A stretch of 64,000 bases of DNA from Cycas panzhihuaensis (taxonomy: Eukaryota; Plantae; Cycadophyta): NCBI GenBank assembly GCA_023213395.1, contig CM041465.1, forward strand, positions 138,639,741 to 138,703,740. Direction: 5' to 3'. Positions within the stretch are counted from its first letter, which is position 1, and the number at the start of each line of letters is the position of its first letter. The notes below the pieces were generated by a model, which searched no databases, was not told the origin of the DNA, and worked only from the letters and a program-made list of their open reading frames with translations. The translations under genes were made by a program, and so were the position numbers. Below are positions 59,501 to 64,000 of the stretch, one piece after another.

Positions 59501-61663
59501 TAGAACGCATTATGATAGGGTATAACAAAAATTCAAAAGCATATAAATACATTGATCCAAAAACAAATAAAATATATGTTAGTAGAGATGTAGTTTTTGA
59601 TGAAGGAAACTTGAATTCCCAATCTCAAATCAAAATAATTGAAGAAGAAACAGAGAATTCAAACAAAAAAATCTTCACAAAAGGAATCTCAGACATCACT
59701 ACATAGGAAATTCTGCCTTGTTCATCTCATGAAGATTCAAGCGAAGAAGGAAGCACAACACAAGAGGTAGAATTATATTTGGAACCCGTAGAAGCGAGAG
59801 AGAGCCTAAAAAATGAAAAGAAGCTACCAAAATGGCTCATTAAGACCATTGAAGAAGGGGGAAATACATTTGATCACAGAACAAGTGGTCAGAAACCAAA
59901 AGCCTTGTTTAGCAGGATTGAACCCCAATCATTTCAAGAAGCTCAAGGTCAATCACAATGGAAGGAAGCAATGGACATTGAAATGAATTCGATTAGCAAA
60001 AATTAGACATGGAAATTAGTAGAACTTCCTCTAGGCAAATTTGTAGTTAACTGCAGATGGGTATATAAAATCAAGGAAGGCGCAAATGGAAAGATTGAAA
60101 AATATAAGGCACATTTGGTGGCCAAAGGATATACTCAAACAATTGGAATTGATTTCGAAGAGACCTTCTCACTTGTGGCCAAATTAAATATAGTAAGAAC
60201 CGTGATAGCACTTGCAACATTACGCAATCGAAAAATCTTCCAATTAGATGTGAAGAGTGCGTTCTTAAATGGTGATCTTGAAGAGGACGTATACATGGCG
60301 CAACCTAAAGGATATATCAGAAAAGGACAGAAACAATTGGTGTGCAAATTGAAAAAGGCCTTGTACAGACTGAAGCAAGCTCCTCATGCATGGTACGCCA
60401 AATTAGATCAACATTTATGTAATAATGGTTTCCAACGCTGTAGTTCAAATTCCAGCTTGTACACAAAGAAAAGAGATGGACAAATCACTATAATTGCTGT
60501 CTATATAGATGATATGATATTGACAGGAAATGATGACAAGTCAATTATAGAAACAAAAGAACAGTTAGAAAAGAAATTTGAAATGACAGATCTTGGTCCT
60601 TTCAATTATTATTTGGGGTTGGAAGTAAATCAACAAAAGGAATACATTTGTATCTCACAAAGTAAATATATAAGAGATCTACTGAAAAAATTCAGAATGA
60701 CAGACTACAATTAATGTGCTACAACCATGGAGATCAATTGCAACTTGGTACCTGGTTTTGGTACTTAGTGAGAGAACAGACAGTTGATGCCACTCTATAT
60801 AGACAATTGGTTGGTAGTTTGATCTACCTAACAGCTACCAGCCTGACATATCTTATTCTGTCGGACTACTCTCCAGATACATGCAAGAACCTAGAATAAG
60901 ACATTGGAAGGCAATCTGGAGAATACTGAGATACTTACAGGGAACAATAGAATTAAAATTAATCTATTCAAAAAATGAATCAGCAGAACTCATAGGATAC
61001 TATGATTCAGATTGGGCAGGTGATAAAGGTCAAAGAAAATCAACTAGTGGTTATTGTTTCTTTTTAGGATCAACCGCAATTTCATAGTGCAGCAAAAAGC
61101 AATCCACTGTCACACTCTCGTCAATTGAAGCATAATATAAAGCAACAGTAACCGCCACTTGTGAAGCAATATGGTTCCAGCAGCTTCTAATCGATATGAA
61201 TCAACCTCAAGACAAAGTAACAATTATGTACTGTGATAATCAAAGTGCTATCAGGCTAACTAAAAATCCTGTCCTTCATGCTACAACTAAGCACATCGAA
61301 GTCCATCATCACTTCATAAGAGAGAAGGTTCATAGTAAAGAAATCAAAATTAGAATATTGTCCCACTACAGAACAAATTACAGATCTATTGACAAAATCA
61401 TTAGGAAAAGCAAAACTCCAATTCTTGAGAGACAAGATAGGCTTGAAAGAGATAAAACATTAAGAGAGGGTGTTGAGAGGTAATGTTTTATCATTAATTG
61501 TATAATTAATATATGTAATAATGACGTGTCATATTGTTAAGAGGTTGGTTACATGTCAAGTTATAACGCTTACCAACCCAATTATGTATTTAAGGGATTC
61601 ATCCTCTAAATCAAGGTGTTGAGTTCTCTCATCAACCTTCTGTCTCCTAATTGAAATTTATCA
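56521..61663 (+). mobile_element. Full-length Ty1/Copia with short LTRs
   Basis: LTRs 56521-56715 and 61471-61663, perfect TSD TCTTT, PBS TGGTATCAGAG at 56716, PPT AAGAGAGGG at 61462-61470. Confidence 0.96.
57380..61460 (+). pseudogene. Copia gag-pol with stops and frameshifts; double CCHC knuckle
   Basis: LTEGNYQIWKIKI, CFNCGRSRHFASTC/CYHCGQVGHYPYQC, WFIDSGASQHMT, IHTDLCGP, RSDGGGEY, QLDVKSAFLNG, VYIDDM, DSDWAG, TKHIEVHHHFIRE. Confidence 0.93.
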
Positions 61664-62623
61664 TCTTTGTCTTGTGGCATTGTCTCAGTCGATCGTAGCA
61701 TTATCTCCATCTCGTGGCATCATCTCAATTAAGCACGACATTATCTCCGTCTTATGGTGTTGTCTCTATCCATCCTGTAGCATTGTCTCTATCCCATGGC
61801 TTTGTCTCAATCTGTGTTATGGTGTCTCGATCAACAAGTAATTGAAAGTCAATTGGAATTTTGAAGAACGATTCAGAGAGGACATACTCTTTTTCGTGAA
61901 ATCACAGTCATAGATTCACACGTCTAAAATAGAATTATTTTGGCTTTTTACATAAGCATTAAAACTTTATGTTATACACTTTAAAATATTCCAAAAAATC
62001 CCTTTGTCGATAAAGGGTCCCTTTTCCTAAGTTTGGTTTCTTAAAGATTTTTATCCTTTTAAATCATATTTTTTACCTTTCTCAAAGCTCAACTTCCATC
62101 TCACATTTGTCAAAGACTTTGCAATTACTGAGTAAAACATTTTTTACTCACACTAGTAGTTATTCATCTCCTTTTTACAAGTTTTTTCTCATCTTTTAAG
62201 GAATTTCACTATGTTTTCTATGAATATTGTTGGCTATATTTTACCAAAATCACAGAAATTAGATAGGAAAAACTATGTATTTTGAAAATTTATGATTTCC
62301 AATGTTTGAACCCTACATAGACTAAAAGGGGTTGTTGAAGGTGATAAGAAGCTAGATACTGAACCAATTTATGAACTTGGAAGTAGCTACTTGGGAGGAC
62401 AGGAACCTTAGAGCACTGGCAATTATCAACACGTCAGTAATAGATGAGTTAATTATTCAAAATATACTTTACTCTTGTAAGACGTTTATGACTCCATATC
62501 TCTTCATCTACAAAAATTGAAGGAGATGAGAGATAAACTTCTTGTTGTAGGGGAAACTATAAAGGATAAAGAACTAGTCAGTATCCCTCCGAAGAACCTG
62601 CATGAGGGCTATCATATTTTTGT

Positions 62624-64000
62624 TGTTGGAAGATAATGTTTAATGTATTTAGTTACGTATTAGGGTCATTAATGTGGTAGTCCTAAGTATTATGTAAAAG
62701 TCTATGGGTCCACATATTATAATGTTGTTAAGTGAGTAGTTGAAAGGTTATTGGTCAGTTAGGAGGTGAAAAGTCAATGAGTATGTTAAAGGTCATTTGT
62801 CCCACATGTAACTCACCTCATCTCATATGTTCCCACCTATGGTGTATAAATAGGTGAGAGAGGTAGAGTAGGATCATTGATTAAAGATGGAGTCCATTGT
62901 GATATTGTGGTTGTTAAGACATAATGATGTAATCGTTTTCATTATGAGTTAATGTTATCATACTATGTTCATGATATTTGTTCTATTCTTCTTAAATATT
63001 GAATGATCTCTTTGAATATTTCAACATGGTATCAGGGTGGGTTGCTTGCCAAGCTTATCATTGTGCAGGTTCACCAAGTTATTGATGTGTGGAGGTGGCT
63101 TCGTAAAGTCGTGTGGTAGTTCGAAGTTCTTATCTTTGGTAGGTGAAACCCTAAGGTTATCTTTGTTCCAAGTTGTGCCAAGCATTGATGCAAGATAGAA
63201 TTATTTCCAAGTAATATGTTCACTCTTCTTGATTGAGAAGGAAGCTATGTGCTAGGGTTTATTCTAAGAAAAACTCAATTGATATGAATTCATGAAATTT
63301 GCAGTCTGTGTGGTTGTCAGTGACACTCCCGAGTGACCTGGACCTCTGTGCTTCGTCCCGGCGGCTTCGTTCCTCACGCTCCTGTCTCAACACCCACCGT
63401 GAGCCTGCCGACCTGCAAACGTCCTCTGTGGCGCTTCTGTTTACTACCCGTGCTTCCTCTGAGGTTCCTTCGTGCGTGCGACCTCCGCGGCTCCAACCCC
63501 TACGGCCCGTGCGGCTCCAACTCCGGCTTTGTGTGGCTCACGGATTTGTCCCAGCATCGACGACTTCACATCTCCACGTGATAATCCTGCGGCACCCACA
63601 GACATACATCGCCCACGGTTTCTCGAGAAATCCGCCCTCGGATTTTATAGCCGCAATTCGACAAAAACGTCGCCACTGGTAAATACATTACCACCGCCGA
63701 TCTTTTTTTAAAAAATTTTGCAATTCATATAGTTATAAACTCTATGATATAAGATTTAGAATATGCTTCAACATATTCTTCTTTTAATTTTTATTTAAAC
63801 TTTAACTTGTTAAGTTTAACCTTTTAAACTTTATTTTTTCATTGTAAGAGCTTTAAATTACATTATTTAGTGTGAAAATTACACCAAAGTACATAAAAAC
63901 ATTTGCAAATATCATTTTTGATATTTAAAATCACTACTCTAAAGTGATTTTACCATATTTCTTTTAAAAAAAATTACTCATTTTTTAATGGCATTAAGTT
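62624..64000 (+). mobile_element. 5' LTR (62624-63026), PBS and leader of another LTR element, cut by the window end
   Basis: TGTTGGA...TTCAACA termini, internal TATAAATAGG, PBS TGGTATCAG at 63027; interrupts the preceding gag remnant. Confidence 0.75.

Larger units (their letters stand above)
55837..62623 (+). mobile_element. 5' part of an old Copia element (LTR 55837-56181, PBS, leader, gag remnant), interrupted twice
   Basis: TGTTAGA...TCTAACA LTR, PBS TGGTATTAGAG at 56182, gag remnant DSISLHLQKLKEMRDKLLVVGETIKDKELV at ~62490-62620. Confidence 0.7.
29818..64000 (-). other. Inferred giant (>34 kb) TE-filled intron of the lipase gene
   Basis: The expected upstream catalytic-domain exons were not found by eye between 29818 and 64000, and the interval is almost all TE sequence. 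Confidence 0.65.

Noticed and set aside
63299-63711. Overlapping GC-rich ORFs as a gene
   Set aside because: Open frames are expected in GC-rich leader DNA; no domain is recognisable.

Overview
Plant (eukaryotic) nuclear DNA, AT-rich and CpG-depleted, about 80% nested retrotransposon sequence. The large TE-filled intron suggests a large-genome fern or gymnosperm, but that is only an impression. The only host gene is the 3' end of a minus-strand class-3 lipase (mono/di-acylglycerol lipase, AT3G14075/AT4G16070-like). It has two exons, 29817-29641 and 28457-27600, and its next upstream intron appears to be longer than 34 kb. That intron contains: a decayed Copia with a nested chromovirus Gypsy; an L1 LINE with a nested Gypsy that itself holds a young Copia and an inverted solo LTR of the same family; and a further stack of three LTR elements. 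Left of the gene are a gag+protease-only LTR element (1001-4751), a Copia fragment, and an old non-chromovirus Gypsy whose Gag has 4-5 zinc knuckles. The most unusual object is inserted in that Gypsy (about 11496-20949): a CpG-rich Tat-like element with ~2.2-2.4 kb direct repeats. It encodes Gag, protease and a stand-alone archaeal-type RNase H but no RT or integrase, and it carries a 3x85-bp hairpin array and an antisense TATA-driven mini-gene. Many small deletions in the youngest elements fall at CG/CAG/CTG sites and may be long-read consensus errors, so frameshifts there should be treated cautiously. All alignments and translations were done by eye.
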